Source: an uncultured Phycisphaerales bacterium
GTDB taxonomy: Bacteria > Planctomycetota > Phycisphaerae > Tepidisphaerales > Tepidisphaeraceae
Reading direction: 5' to 3'
DNA: 64,000 nt
NCBI GenBank assembly: GCA_963755915.1
Contig: CAVWLP010000003.1
Span: 896,001-960,000 of the forward strand
Shown: one piece after another, positions 1 to 9,668 of the stretch
Numbering within the stretch: position 1 is the stretch's first letter
Layout of the letters: every line of letters starts with the position of its first letter
Notes under the pieces: model-generated
The model's database searches: none
Told to the model about the DNA's origin: nothing
What the model saw: the letters and a program-made list of their open reading frames with translations, nothing else
Position numbers and translations under genes: made by a program

Positions 1-70
1 CTCACTTCGGCCAGGAGAAGGTCTTCATGGACGCCGACGGAAACAACCAAATCGTACAAGGAGACAGATC

Positions 71-472
71 ATGAAGAGGGAAATTATCCGCGTGGAACCG
101 TTTGACAGCAATTTCGAGAAATGGGGTGCGCCGGTCTCGACCTGCACTCGCGCGGGCGACATGATCTTCATCTCTGGTCTGCCGCCATTTGATCCCAAGA
201 CCGGAGAATTTCTCGTTAACGCGCCTTTCGAACAGCAGGCCGAACGCATCCTGGAACAGTTGAAGACGGCACTTGAGGCGGCGGGATCCGACCTCGAGCA
301 TGTCATGAAGATCAACGTACTGTGTGTAAGCCCGGAGCGTTTCAAGGCATTCAACGAAATTTACAAGCGCTACTTTCCCAGCAATCCGCCAGCCCGCATT
401 TTCTTCTGTGTGCCGGTATGGACGGGCCCGTTTGATATTGAAATCGACTGCATCGCGGTCCGGAAAGACTAG
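71..472 (+). CDS. RidA/YjgF/YER057c/UK114 family protein
   Basis: 133 aa with GDMIFISG, QAERILEQLKTALEAAGSDLEHVMKINV, FNEIYKRYF..PPAR and IEIDCIA, typical of the Rid family. Confidence 0.9.
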   Translation: MKREIIRVEPFDSNFEKWGAPVSTCTRAGDMIFISGLPPFDPKTGEFLVNAPFEQQAERILEQLKTALEAAGSDLEHVMKINVLCVSPERFKAFNEIYKRYFPSNPPARIFFCVPVWTGPFDIEIDCIAVRKD

Positions 473-500
473 GCCCGTGGCGCTCCCCGACATGAGCAAG

Positions 501-584
501 CGCTTCCCTTCGGGTCGCGGCTAAACAATTAGGGGGATTTTACCTTCCGGGGTCGCGCTCCCCTGCGGGTCGCGGCTAAACAAT
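501..584. repeat. Two direct copies of a REP-like unit CGCT(T)CCC..CGGGTCGCGGCTAAACAAT
   Basis: Copies at 501-529 and 556-584, between the convergent RidA and hslV genes. Confidence 0.7.
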
Positions 585-587
585 CAG

Positions 588-1121
588 TTAGAGGGATTCT
601 ACCTTGATTTGGGTGTTGGTGTAGATGCAGATTTGCCCTGCGATTTTCAGGGCTTCTTCTACGATTGCTTTGGCGTTGAGGGATGAATGGGCGACTAGGG
701 CTTTGGCGGCAGCCAGGGCGTATGGTCCGCCCGATCCGATGCCGATGATGCCGTCGGTGGGTTCGATGACGTCGCCGGCGCCGCTGACCATCAGGCTTAC
801 CTGGGCATCGGCGACGGCGAGCATTGCTTCCAGCCGCCGCAGGACGCGGTCTGTGCGCCATTCCTTGGCGAGTTCGATGACCGCGCGGCGAGTGTTGTCG
901 GGGTGATCGGCGAGCTTTTTCTCGAAGCGTTCGAGGAGGGCGAAGGCATCGGCGGCGGAGCCGGCGAAGCCGGTGAGGACCTTGCCGGCGCCGAGGCGGC
1001 GGATTTTGACGGCGTCGTGCTTGGCGACGGTGGTGCCGAGGGTGACCTGGCCATCGCCGCCGAGGGCGACCTGGCCGTCTTTTCGGACCGAGAGAATCGT
1101 CGTGGATCGCGCCGGTTTCAT
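588..1121 (-). CDS. hslV: ATP-dependent protease subunit HslV
   Basis: N-terminal [45 protein letters not shown] and ICIYTN are HslV signatures. Confidence 0.97.
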   Translation of the reverse strand: MKPARSTTILSVRKDGQVALGGDGQVTLGTTVAKHDAVKIRRLGAGKVLTGFAGSAADAFALLERFEKKLADHPDNTRRAVIELAKEWRTDRVLRRLEAMLAVADAQVSLMVSGAGDVIEPTDGIIGIGSGGPYALAAAKALVAHSSLNAKAIVEEALKIAGQICIYTNTQIKVESL

Positions 1122-1145
1122 GACTCGCCATTATAATCAACAAAC

Positions 1146-3434
1146 ATGTCGGCTGCGCCCGCGGTAGAGTTTTCGTCGGTTGGACTGGGGCTGGCCGCGC
1201 TTGCCCTTGCCGCTTGCGCGATCGCCATCGCAATTGGTGCAAAATCCCCCTGCCTCTCGCCAGCCGCTGGCTTTTCGCGGTCGGCTTGTTGCTGCTCGCG
1301 CTTGCGGCCGCCGGACCTGTATGGTTCCGGACCAAACCCGGGCGCCTTGCCGTCATGGTCGATCTTTCCCCCAGCACCCGCGGCGCCCAGTTCCGCAACG
1401 CCTGGTTCCTCAAGCAGCGGATCACGCAGCTCGTCGGCAACTCGTCGTACCAAACCATCGCCTTCGCCTCGGAAAACCGCCCGCTGGATTTAAGCGGCGC
1501 CATCGAGGAGATGCCGGCGGATCGAACGATTTTCTCGCCTCCGCCTGTCGATGCGATTCTTCTTTTCAGCGATGCCCAGTTCCAGCTCCCGGAAAAATCG
1601 CCGCCGGTTTACGTGGCGATGGACGAGGGGCTGGAGAACGTCAAAGACGGCGCTGTGAAAAAGGTGGAGCTGCGGGGTGGATCGCTGGCCGCCACCATCT
1701 CCAACACCGGCGCGGATCGCGCCGCCTCTTTCCCTGGTTCGACGGCAACCGTGGGCCGGGGAACGATCGTTATCACGCGGCCCGCTCCTTCGGATTCGAC
1801 CATTGCGACGGTGAAGCTCAACGGCGGCGACTTTTGGCCGGAGAATGATTCGATCTCTACGGCCGTCCTCCCGCCCCCGGCGAGCGAGAAGTGGTGGGTT
1901 GGGGAAAATCCTCCCGACACCGACTGGCGAACCTTCGACGCCAACCAGTTGCCGGTGCTTGAACAGGAATATCTTTCACCGGCGGTCATCGTTTTGGCGA
2001 ACCAGCCTGCCGATCGTTTTTTGCCGGTGGGACTGGAGCGCCTGGCGCAATACGTGCGCGATCTGGGCGGGTCGCTGCTGATCGAAGGGGGCGACCATGC
2101 GTTCGGCGCGGGTGGATATGGGGGAACGATTCTTGAGCAATTGAGCCCGCTGGCGAGCTTTCCGCCGACGCCGACGACGCGCTGGGTTTTGCTCGCCGAT
2201 GGAAGCGGTTCGATGGCCAAGGGGACCGGCGGCGCATCGCCGTGGGCCGTGGCAACGAGCGCGATCATCAAGCTGCTTCCCGGCATTCCGCCTGCCGATC
2301 CCGTGCAGATCGGGCAGTTTTCGCAGGACGTAAAATGGTGGCTTCCCGCGGGCACTGCGGCCGATGCGGCCAGCGCCGCGCTTCCGCCGCCCGACGCTTA
2401 TCCGCATGGGCCGACGAACCTTGAAGCGGCGCTGAATGAGGTGGCGGACGATTCCAGCGCCGAAATGCGGACGGAGTTGATCCTGCTCTCGGATTGCGAC
2501 GCCACGATTTCGCATCCGGATCTTTTGTCCAACGTTCTGGCCCGCAAGCAGGTCCGGCTGCACGTGCTGGCGATCGGAGATGGGAGGCGCGCTGGGGATT
2601 ATTCGGGGGATTTGCCAGGGGACGGGGGGGGAAGTCATTGAGGAAAAGGATCCGGAAAAGTGGGCGCAGTCGCTGAAAAGATTGTCGCAGGCGGCGCTGC
2701 CGCCGCTGGTGGTGAATCAGCCGGTGATGGTGCGGTTTGAGAACGGGGCGGAGTCGATTTCGATAGCGCCAACGTCGCTGTGGAACCGGACGTGGGTGAA
2801 GCCGGATGCGCAGTGGTGGGCGGAATCGGATCTGGGGCAGCCGCTGGCGGGATTCTGGAAAATGGGGACGGGAACGGTGCTGGCGATTGGGTTTGGGGCG
2901 GATGATTCTTCACTGGAGGCGCTGGTGGGATTGATCGCGGAGAAGCCGCGCGATCCGCGGTTTTCGGTGAGGTGGGACCAGGATTCGCAGGCCCACCTGA
3001 CGGTCGACGCGGCCGGGAAGGGAGAGTTTCTCAATGGATTGGCGATTACGCTGGAGATTTCCGGGAGCGATGGGACGCAGACGCGGGCGCTGGAGCAGAC
3101 GGGGCCGGGGAGATACGAAGCGATGATTGAATCTTCGCGGGAGACGCGGATCGCGTCGGTGAAAGTCGGGGGCGAGACGATCGATCGGTCGGCAATTTCT
3201 GGACGCTATCCGCAGGAGTTTGACGCGCTGGGAAACGATCATGAAGCGATGCGGAAGTTGGCGCAGCAGAGCGGGGGCGAGGTGATCTGGCCGGGGAGTG
3301 CGGGGCCGATTGATTTTCACTGGCCGAAAGTTGGGGTGGCGCTGGGGCCGGGGATTTGTTTTTTGGGGTTGGGGTTTCTGGTGGCGGGGGTGGTGGTTTG
3401 GCGATTGAACGGGGGATTTTTGGGAAGTGAATGA
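1146..3434 (+). CDS. Membrane protein with VWA / glutamine-amidotransferase-like domains (two frameshifts)
   Basis: N-terminal TM segments, DLSPS and DGSGS MIDAS-like motifs, YVRDLGGSLLIEGG, C-terminal TM. ORFs 1146-, 1214-2641 and 2580-3434 join by frameshifts. Confidence 0.7.
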
Positions 3435-3540
3435 GCGGCTTGATGGGAGTTGGGTTTTGGGAGAAAATTGGGGGGAGATTTTTATCGGTTATGGTTGTTG
3501 TGACGAGGTGGACGCGGTTACTCGAATATCCATGAAAGGC

Positions 3541-3800
3541 TTCCCCGATCAACAAAAAAATTCTCCTCGCGAAAAGCGGTTACTTCTTTTTCATTCCGAG
3601 ACCTCTTCGTCCGTCTGCCGGCTGGTGACTGGCCTCTCGGCGGTCCATATATCCATTCGTGCTGGCCGGGCCCGATCAACAGCGTTTGGCCGAGCGGCAC
3701 ATGATCTCATCCGGCGCGGGCGGCCCAATTATAACGTGGCCTCTCGAGCCTGAATTGCTTCGGGCTCATGGCCAATTCGAGCCAGGGCTGGCCCACTTCC
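3541..3800 (-). ncRNA. Putative bridge/seek RNA of the IS110 element
   Basis: Two stem/internal-loop units whose loop strands match the target (3775-3781, 3727-3737) and the donor circle junction (3648-3656, 3701-3710). Boundaries approximate. Confidence 0.6.
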
Positions 3801-4928
3801 GGACGAGATCAGTTCCTTATGTCTTTTGCTTCCCGGTCTTGGGGGCGGCACCTCCTGATAATCCTGGTTGTTGTTCCACATTGAATAGACGATCCGACAT
3901 ATGCGGTTGGCGACGGTGATGTAGCCGCGACCGCGGTCCTGTTTGCCGTTGTTGGTACGGCGATTGAAAAGTTCTCGCAAAAAAGCGTCCCTTTGCACTG
4001 CCGAGTGGGCGGCCTGAATAAAGGCCCACTGAAGGGTAGTGCGACCGGCGTGACCAAGTCGGCGGCCGATGGGCTTGGCATCGCGATCTTCTCCGCTGTC
4101 GTCGGCCTGCGGCGCCAGCAGGCTGTATTGGAGCAGGCATCGACTGGAGGAGAAACGATCGATTCGGCCGATCTCGGCGACCAGCGTATATCCCAGCACG
4201 GTGGAGATGCCCGGCACGGTCATCAGGCGCTGGCCGATCTCCGATCGTTTCATGGTCGCGCGGAACCGGCGGGTGGCCCGTGCGATCAGGCGACGCAGAG
4301 AATCCAGCAGCATGAGATCTTCCTTGAGCGTCTGGCGTCCTGAGAGGCTCAGGGTCTTGTCCTCGGTGAGCAGCGACAGGAAACGCCGGCCCTGCACACC
4401 GAAGAGGTCGGTGAGCTCGCTGACGATTCCATGGCGGTGCAGCGTCGCGTGAATGCGATTTTTCAACTGCGTTTGAGCCTGAACGAGGGTCATCCGATGG
4501 CGCAGCAGCTCCCGCTGATCACGAATCTCGCGTGGGGCCAGCCAGACTTCCCACCAGCGCTTCATGATGCCTCGCTTAAATATCGGTTTTTCGTTCCAGA
4601 GTTCACTGAGCAGGTCGGCATCGACCTTGTTGCTCTTGGCGATCCCGCGTCCTTCCCGCCATGCCGCCACTTTGCGGCTCGAGGCCAGGTGGGGCTGCAT
4701 GTTCAAAATCTGCAACTCATCGCTGAGCCATCCCCAGCCAAATGTCGCTTCCAGGATCACCGGCGTGCCTCGCGGCCACTGAGCGATTCGCTCTCGAAGC
4801 TTTTGGCGATCCAGGTGATCCAGGCGTTCGCGAGCAATGACCTTCCCGGAAGCGTCGCGCAGACTGGCGGACGAGAACTTCCGATGGACGTCCAGCCCTA
4901 CCTGAACTACCTTGTCGTATAACTTCAT
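3729..4928 (-). CDS. IS110 family transposase/recombinase
   Basis: RuvC-like DEDD N-terminus (VGLDVH, ILEAT, KSNKVDA) and C-terminal Transposase_20-type segment (TVPGIS..LVAEIGRIDRF, DSGE serine, LQWAFIQAA). Confidence 0.95.
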   Translation of the reverse strand: MKLYDKVVQVGLDVHRKFSSASLRDASGKVIARERLDHLDRQKLRERIAQWPRGTPVILEATFGWGWLSDELQILNMQPHLASSRKVAAWREGRGIAKSNKVDADLLSELWNEKPIFKRGIMKRWWEVWLAPREIRDQRELLRHRMTLVQAQTQLKNRIHATLHRHGIVSELTDLFGVQGRRFLSLLTEDKTLSLSGRQTLKEDLMLLDSLRRLIARATRRFRATMKRSEIGQRLMTVPGISTVLGYTLVAEIGRIDRFSSSRCLLQYSLLAPQADDSGEDRDAKPIGRRLGHAGRTTLQWAFIQAAHSAVQRDAFLRELFNRRTNNGKQDRGRGYITVANRICRIVYSMWNNNQDYQEVPPPRPGSKRHKELISSGSGPALARIGHEPEAIQAREATL

Positions 4929-5004
4929 GGCTATCTCCTTGTGTGAATGACACCAAAACCGGAATGTTAACTTCCGGCAGGGAGATGGCCTTTCATGCGA
5001 TTAT

Positions 5005-5110
5005 AAAACGCGGTTCCGCCGCGATAACACGTGGCTGCCCCGGTGACGTTCGGTGCGACCTTGAGGTGTTGGGCGGGAAAGCGCCGTGCAAGCACGGCGG
5101 CTACACGGGG
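5005..5110. repeat. Dispersed ~150-bp repeat, copy A (left part 3476-3527, split by IS110), ending in a GTAG-type hairpin
   Basis: Shares GGTTCCGC..CAC.TGGCTGC.CCGGTGACGTT..GTGTTGGGCGGGAAAGCGCCGTGCAAGCACGGCGGCTACACGGGG with 12929-13030, and its 5' part with 30775-30892. Confidence 0.85.
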
Positions 5111-5135
5111 AGAAGCGGGGGACGGGGGCGGGGGA

Positions 5136-6338
5136 TCAGGTGATTGAATGCATCGTGACTTGGAGGATTTCTGCCGGGGCGTTGACGCGGAGGGGGAACC
5201 AGTTGCCTACGCCGTTGGAGACGATGAGGGTGGAGTTGGGTTTGTCGTAGCGGCCGGACCAGTATCGGAAGCGCAAGGGGCCGGCGCCGATGGATTTGGT
5301 GAGCATGATCTGCCCGCCGTGGGTGTGGCCGGAGATGACGAGGGGGATTTCGTGCTCGGCCGCGGTGTCCCAACTGTGGGGATGGTGGGCCATCATGATG
5401 GGAAAGAGTCCGGGGATGCGCAGGTCGGCGGTGTAGGCGACGGAGCCGGCGCGGAGGTATTCGTCGGTCCAGGTGGTGCCGAGGAGCTGGAACGCAGTGC
5501 CGCGGGTTTGGATGACGCTAGATTCATCGACAAGGATTTTTACGCCGCGGCGGCGGACGGATGCGACAAAGGCACCGGGACCCTGGATGCAGTCGTGATT
5601 TCCCAGGACCAGATAGACGCCGTCGCGGGAATCGAGGCGGAGGACCATGTCCAGGGCGCTGGGCAGATCGGCGCGGGAAATGTTGATCAGATCGCCGGGG
5701 AGGAGAACAAGGTCTGATTTCAGTCGGTTGCTGGCTTCGGCGATGTCGTCGAGCATTTTCTGGGAGGAGAATTCGCCGACGTGAGCATCGGCGATGACGG
5801 TGATGGTGTAGCCGTCGAGTTCTCTTGGCCAGGCGGGGAAGGCAAGGTCGTAGGATTTCACGCGGAATTTTCCGAGCTGGGAGGCGGCGGCGGCGCACAT
5901 CGAGGCGGTGGCGAGAGGGGCGGCGACGATGGCGGCGGAGGCGAGGAAGTTGCGGCGGGAGAGGCTTGCGGGCGGAGATGGGGGCTGCGGAGCCGGAGGC
6001 GTGGGAGAAAGGGCACGCCGTGCCCACTGGCGGATCGTGTGCGCGAAATACTCCAGCAGCAGCATAAGCACCAAAACGGGCAGGACGAGGAAGTGCCAGA
6101 TGAACTGGGCGCTGACAAGCCAGCGGGGCAGCGGGTCGCGGCGTCCGCCGAGCAGGGGATTTGCCAGGGCGGCGGTAACGCAGAAGCCGATCGCGAAAAT
6201 GGCCCAGAGGATGACGAACGTGCGCCAGTATTTTTGGCCGCGCATTCCGCGGGTGAGAACGTAGATTCGGCCTAGAACCAGAAGATCGAGGACGATGAAG
6301 ACGGAGAGGATGGAGGCGAAGAGATAGACGGCGCGCAT
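5136..6338 (-). CDS. Membrane-anchored metallophosphoesterase (YkuE/YaeI-like)
   Basis: N-terminal TMs, SRRNFL linker, DAH, GD, GNHD, HHP and GHTHGGQ motifs. Confidence 0.92.
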   Translation of the reverse strand: MRAVYLFASILSVFIVLDLLVLGRIYVLTRGMRGQKYWRTFVILWAIFAIGFCVTAALANPLLGGRRDPLPRWLVSAQFIWHFLVLPVLVLMLLLEYFAHTIRQWARRALSPTPPAPQPPSPPASLSRRNFLASAAIVAAPLATASMCAAAASQLGKFRVKSYDLAFPAWPRELDGYTITVIADAHVGEFSSQKMLDDIAEASNRLKSDLVLLPGDLINISRADLPSALDMVLRLDSRDGVYLVLGNHDCIQGPGAFVASVRRRGVKILVDESSVIQTRGTAFQLLGTTWTDEYLRAGSVAYTADLRIPGLFPIMMAHHPHSWDTAAEHEIPLVISGHTHGGQIMLTKSIGAGPLRFRYWSGRYDKPNSTLIVSNGVGNWFPLRVNAPAEILQVTMHSIT

Positions 6339-6381
6339 TTCTTTTCGGGGTTAAACGTCAACATAGTGTAGGCGAATGGCG

Positions 6382-6422
6382 GCCCTCACCCCAACCCTCT
6401 CCCGGAATACCGGGCGAGGGGG
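6382..6422 (+). repeat. REP-like palindrome CCCTCACCCCAACCCTCTCCCGGAATACCGGGCGAGGG
   Basis: Related copies at 11106-11203 (reverse, interrupted), 15298-15337, 18484-18522, 20438-20476 and 62012-62052 (reverse). Confidence 0.85.
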
Positions 6423-6435
6423 TTATGATGCGGGT

Positions 6436-7365
6436 ATGAACATTTGCCTGGGCACGACGCCGACGGTGCAGTTAACGATGGTGTTTGAGCGGGTGGCGAC
6501 CGACGAGGTGAACCGGGCGGTTCAGGTAATTCGGGGGGCGGCGGGGAAGCCGATTAATGTAGCGCGGGTGCTGCATACGCTCGGGGATGCGGCGAAGGTC
6601 TTCGTGCCGTTGGGTGCGGATACGGGAAAGTTTCTCGCGGGGGAGCTTTCGAGGGATGGGATTGAGCACGATTGCGTGGAGGCGCCGAATCCGACGCGAA
6701 CTTGCGTGACGGTGATCGATAGCAGCGCGCGAACGGCGACGGAACTGGTGCAGGAACATGCGGCGGTGTCGCCGGAGGTTGTGGGCGGACTGCTGAAAAA
6801 GCTGGAGGGATATCTGCCGGGGGCGCGGTGCTTGATTTTGTCGGGAACATTGGCGCCGGGGACGGGGGATGATTTTTATGCGCGGTGCTGTGAGTTGGCG
6901 GGGAGATTTAAGGTGCCGGTGATTCTGGATGCGCGGGGGGAGCCGCTGGCGCGGGCGCTGGAGCATCGGCCGCTGGTGGTGAAGCCGAACCGGCAGGAAT
7001 TGGCGGGGATGATGGGGCGGAATCTCGATGATGATGGGGCGCTGCGGGAGGCGATGAAGAAGCTGCACGAGCGCAGGGCGCAGTTTGTGATCATCACGAT
7101 GGGCGGCAAGGGGGCGATGGCGTTTGACGGGAAGGCGTTTTGGAACATCGCGGCAATTGAAGTGGAGGTGATCAGCGCGATCGGCAGCGGGGATTCGTTT
7201 GCAGCGGGGCTGGCGTCCGGGATCGGGGCGGGGCGGGAGGTGATCGACGCGTGCCGGCTGGCATCGGCGTGCGCGGCCGCGAATACTCTGGTCGTGGGGG
7301 CGGGTTTTCTCAAGATCGAAGACGTGCGCAGATTGGAGCCCCTGGCACGCGTTCAGAGGCTATAA
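6436..7365 (+). CDS. 1-phosphofructokinase family (PfkB/LacC) hexose kinase
   Basis: AGKPINVARVL, VVKPNRQEL and SAIGSGDSFAAG motifs. ATG at 6436 lies just after the REP. Confidence 0.9.
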   Translation: MNICLGTTPTVQLTMVFERVATDEVNRAVQVIRGAAGKPINVARVLHTLGDAAKVFVPLGADTGKFLAGELSRDGIEHDCVEAPNPTRTCVTVIDSSARTATELVQEHAAVSPEVVGGLLKKLEGYLPGARCLILSGTLAPGTGDDFYARCCELAGRFKVPVILDARGEPLARALEHRPLVVKPNRQELAGMMGRNLDDDGALREAMKKLHERRAQFVIITMGGKGAMAFDGKAFWNIAAIEVEVISAIGSGDSFAAGLASGIGAGREVIDACRLASACAAANTLVVGAGFLKIEDVRRLEPLARVQRL

Positions 7366-7480
7366 TTGGCCAGAGGGCAATCGCGTTGAAGACGAATCCT
7401 GCCCAGATTCCGGCGTTGGGAAACGTACCGAAAAGCAGCGCCTTGCGCCTCGGCGATGGGGGCTGCGCATTGTCCGCACG

Positions 7481-8304
7481 GTGCTGCTGGTTTACCTTGG
7501 CGTGCTGCTCGTGCTTTTCGAACTTCAGGACCATCTTATTTTTCCCGGGTCGGCGACGCAGGGGCAGCGCGACGCGATGATTGCCGGGAGCGAGGGATTG
7601 CAGCTTCTCTCGCTGCGGTCGCCGGATGGCGTGCCAATCGCGGCGATCTTTGGGAAGGCGCTTCAGCCGGACGGCGCAGAGTTCGCCGACAACCGCCCCA
7701 CCGTCATCTTTCTTTACGGCAACGGCGCCTGTATGGCCTACTGCACTGATATCTTCCAGATCATCCGCAAGCTCGGCGTTAACGTCATCATTCCCGATTT
7801 CGAGGGATATGGCATGAGCGGCGGAAAGCCGAGCGAAAAAGGATGCTACGCGGCGGCCAATGCGGCGTATGACTACGTGCTTTGCGCGGGGATGTGGATC
7901 CGAAAAAGATTGTGGCGATGGGATGGTCGCTGGGAGGCGCGGCGGCGATTGACCTCGCGAGCCGGCGGCCGGTCATGGGGATCGTCACCATCAGCGCGTT
8001 CACCAACTTACCGGACATGGCCCGGCAGATCGTGCGGTGGTTTCCCGTGTCGTTCATCTTGAAATATCGCTTCGACAATGTTGGAAAGCTCGCAGGCATC
8101 ACCTGCCCGATTCTGATCGTGCATGGAACGGAGGACGAGCTGGTGCCGTTTACCATGGCCCTGAAATTAGCCGCGGCCGCGAAGGGGAATGTGCAGCGCT
8201 ATAACGTGCGGGGGGCGGGGCATAATGATGTGTTTGAGGTGGGAGGGGAAGAATTGGGGAAGCGGGTGGAGGAGTTTATTTCTAGTTTGCCAATTGCGAA
8301 TTAA
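7481..8304 (+). CDS. Alpha/beta hydrolase (frameshift near 7885; start may lie ~7386)
   Basis: FLYGNG, DFEGYGMSGGKPSEKG, GWSLGG nucleophile, HGTEDELVP, GAGHND. Confidence 0.85.
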
Positions 8305-8908
8305 TTTCCCGTCCCTGCCCCCGCCGCGCCCCTCCGGCCGCTTCCCCCGCTGCCGGCAAATCCGCCTGAATCTGAATCAGGTTGTTGTCCGATTCCTGCC
8401 CCTCCCAATAGAGATAAACTTCCCGGCTGACATCCGTGGGCTGGAGCCCCCGCCGAGCGATTTCGCCATAGAGCTTGCCATAGGCAGCCCCCAGTTGGGA
8501 CGTCGGGCCCGAGTAGATGAGGGTCGCGCAGTGAAGCGGGCCGACGGTTGTCATTTGTATGCCGTCCGGGGCCACTGTTCCATCTTTCACGATCACTCCG
8601 ATGTCGAGGGTAAAGGTCTTGTCGCGATCCTCAGATGCCCCGTGATACGTAAAGACGGCCGGCCCCATCACGCGAAGCTTTCCCGCATCGATAGCGGCGT
8701 CGAGGACGGGCATGAGCTGCCCGATCGCATCCTGCAACTTGTTCAGCGTGGTTTGCGTGGAGACAAACGCATATGTGTACGGCTTAAGGCTTTGAATGCG
8801 AACGTCCGCCACGGTCGGCGCGGACGCCAAGCCGGAGTCGGCACGGGCGGCAAGGCACAAGCCAAGAACCAGCAACGCGATTAAGGTTGAGAGCAATTCA
8901 GTGCGCAT
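8282..8908 (-). CDS. Secreted GyrI-like small-molecule-binding domain protein
   Basis: Signal peptide, ATLIYSGP..LGAAYGKLY and SREVYLYW. GGAGG RBS upstream of ATG 8908. Confidence 0.8.
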   Translation of the reverse strand: MRTELLSTLIALLVLGLCLAARADSGLASAPTVADVRIQSLKPYTYAFVSTQTTLNKLQDAIGQLMPVLDAAIDAGKLRVMGPAVFTYHGASEDRDKTFTLDIGVIVKDGTVAPDGIQMTTVGPLHCATLIYSGPTSQLGAAYGKLYGEIARRGLQPTDVSREVYLYWEGQESDNNLIQIQADLPAAGEAAGGARRGQGREINSQLAN

Positions 8909-8925
8909 GCGTTTCCTCCGGGGGT

Positions 8926-9201
8926 TAGAGCGTGTTATGCACTTTACCATGCCCCGCGATGAGCCGGAAAAGGCTCGAATGCGAGGCGGAGGACCGAAGA
9001 GTATCTGAATTGATACGCTGAGGTCCGACAACGAAGCAGTCGGGCCTTTTCCGGCTCACCCTTCGGGCGGGACGGAATCGGCCCATCTGCGTCGTCGCAA
9101 CGGCTCGAGGGGTCGTTCAGACCCGGTTCTCGCCATTGCTCCTAGCATCTGGGCCGATTCCGTCCCGTCGCGGGGCATGGCAAAGTGCATAACACGCTCT
9201 A
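8926..9201. mobile_element. MITE with 34-bp terminal inverted repeats
   Basis: TAGAGCGTGTTATGCACTTTACCATGCCCCGCGA (8926-8959) and its reverse complement at 9168-9201 (33/34 match). No transposase inside. Confidence 0.85.
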
Positions 9202-9668
9202 GATCAAAACCGCAATTATCCAAATTACCACGCGGAAGCAACAGTGCGGCGCTAACTATTGGCAAACGCGCCTACCCGAATTCCCAAAACTCCCGGCGAA
9301 TTTTATCGGGGGAATTTTTATCTAGCCTGTTTCGCCCCCCCTGTGCGATAATCGCGATCGATCGATTGCACCGTGGGTAAGTTGTATGGTGAGCGATCCC
9401 CGAATTTTTCTGCCGACCGATGGGTGCCGTCGCTGGCGCAGCGCGGTTATCGGTCCATGCAAAGAAATAGATTTCAAAACGGCAGAAAATGCGGCACCGA
9501 ATGTGGCGCGATGCGTTAGATTTTTCGCATCCGATCGCTCGCCGAACCGGCCACCAGGTGCGACAGAAAACGTCGCCCTGACCGCGCTCAGAAATGCTTT
9601 CGCTCCAGCAGGTTGATGACCGATATTTCAACCACTGGATCATGAATACTTTATTGCCCCTTTTGCAA

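Larger units (their letters stand above)
3528..5004 (-). mobile_element. IS110 family insertion sequence, IS1111-type
   Basis: Sub-terminal inverted repeats CATGAAAGGC (3531-3540) / GCCTTTCATG (4988-4997), ~200 bp 3' non-coding end, ATA shared at both junctions. Flanks rejoin to match the empty repeat at 30808-30846. Confidence 0.88.

Noticed and set aside
6345-6378. Possible dif site (reverse complement TTCGCCTACACTATGTTGAC)
   Set aside because: Spacing between the XerC- and XerD-like arms is too short, and it is far from the skew reversal
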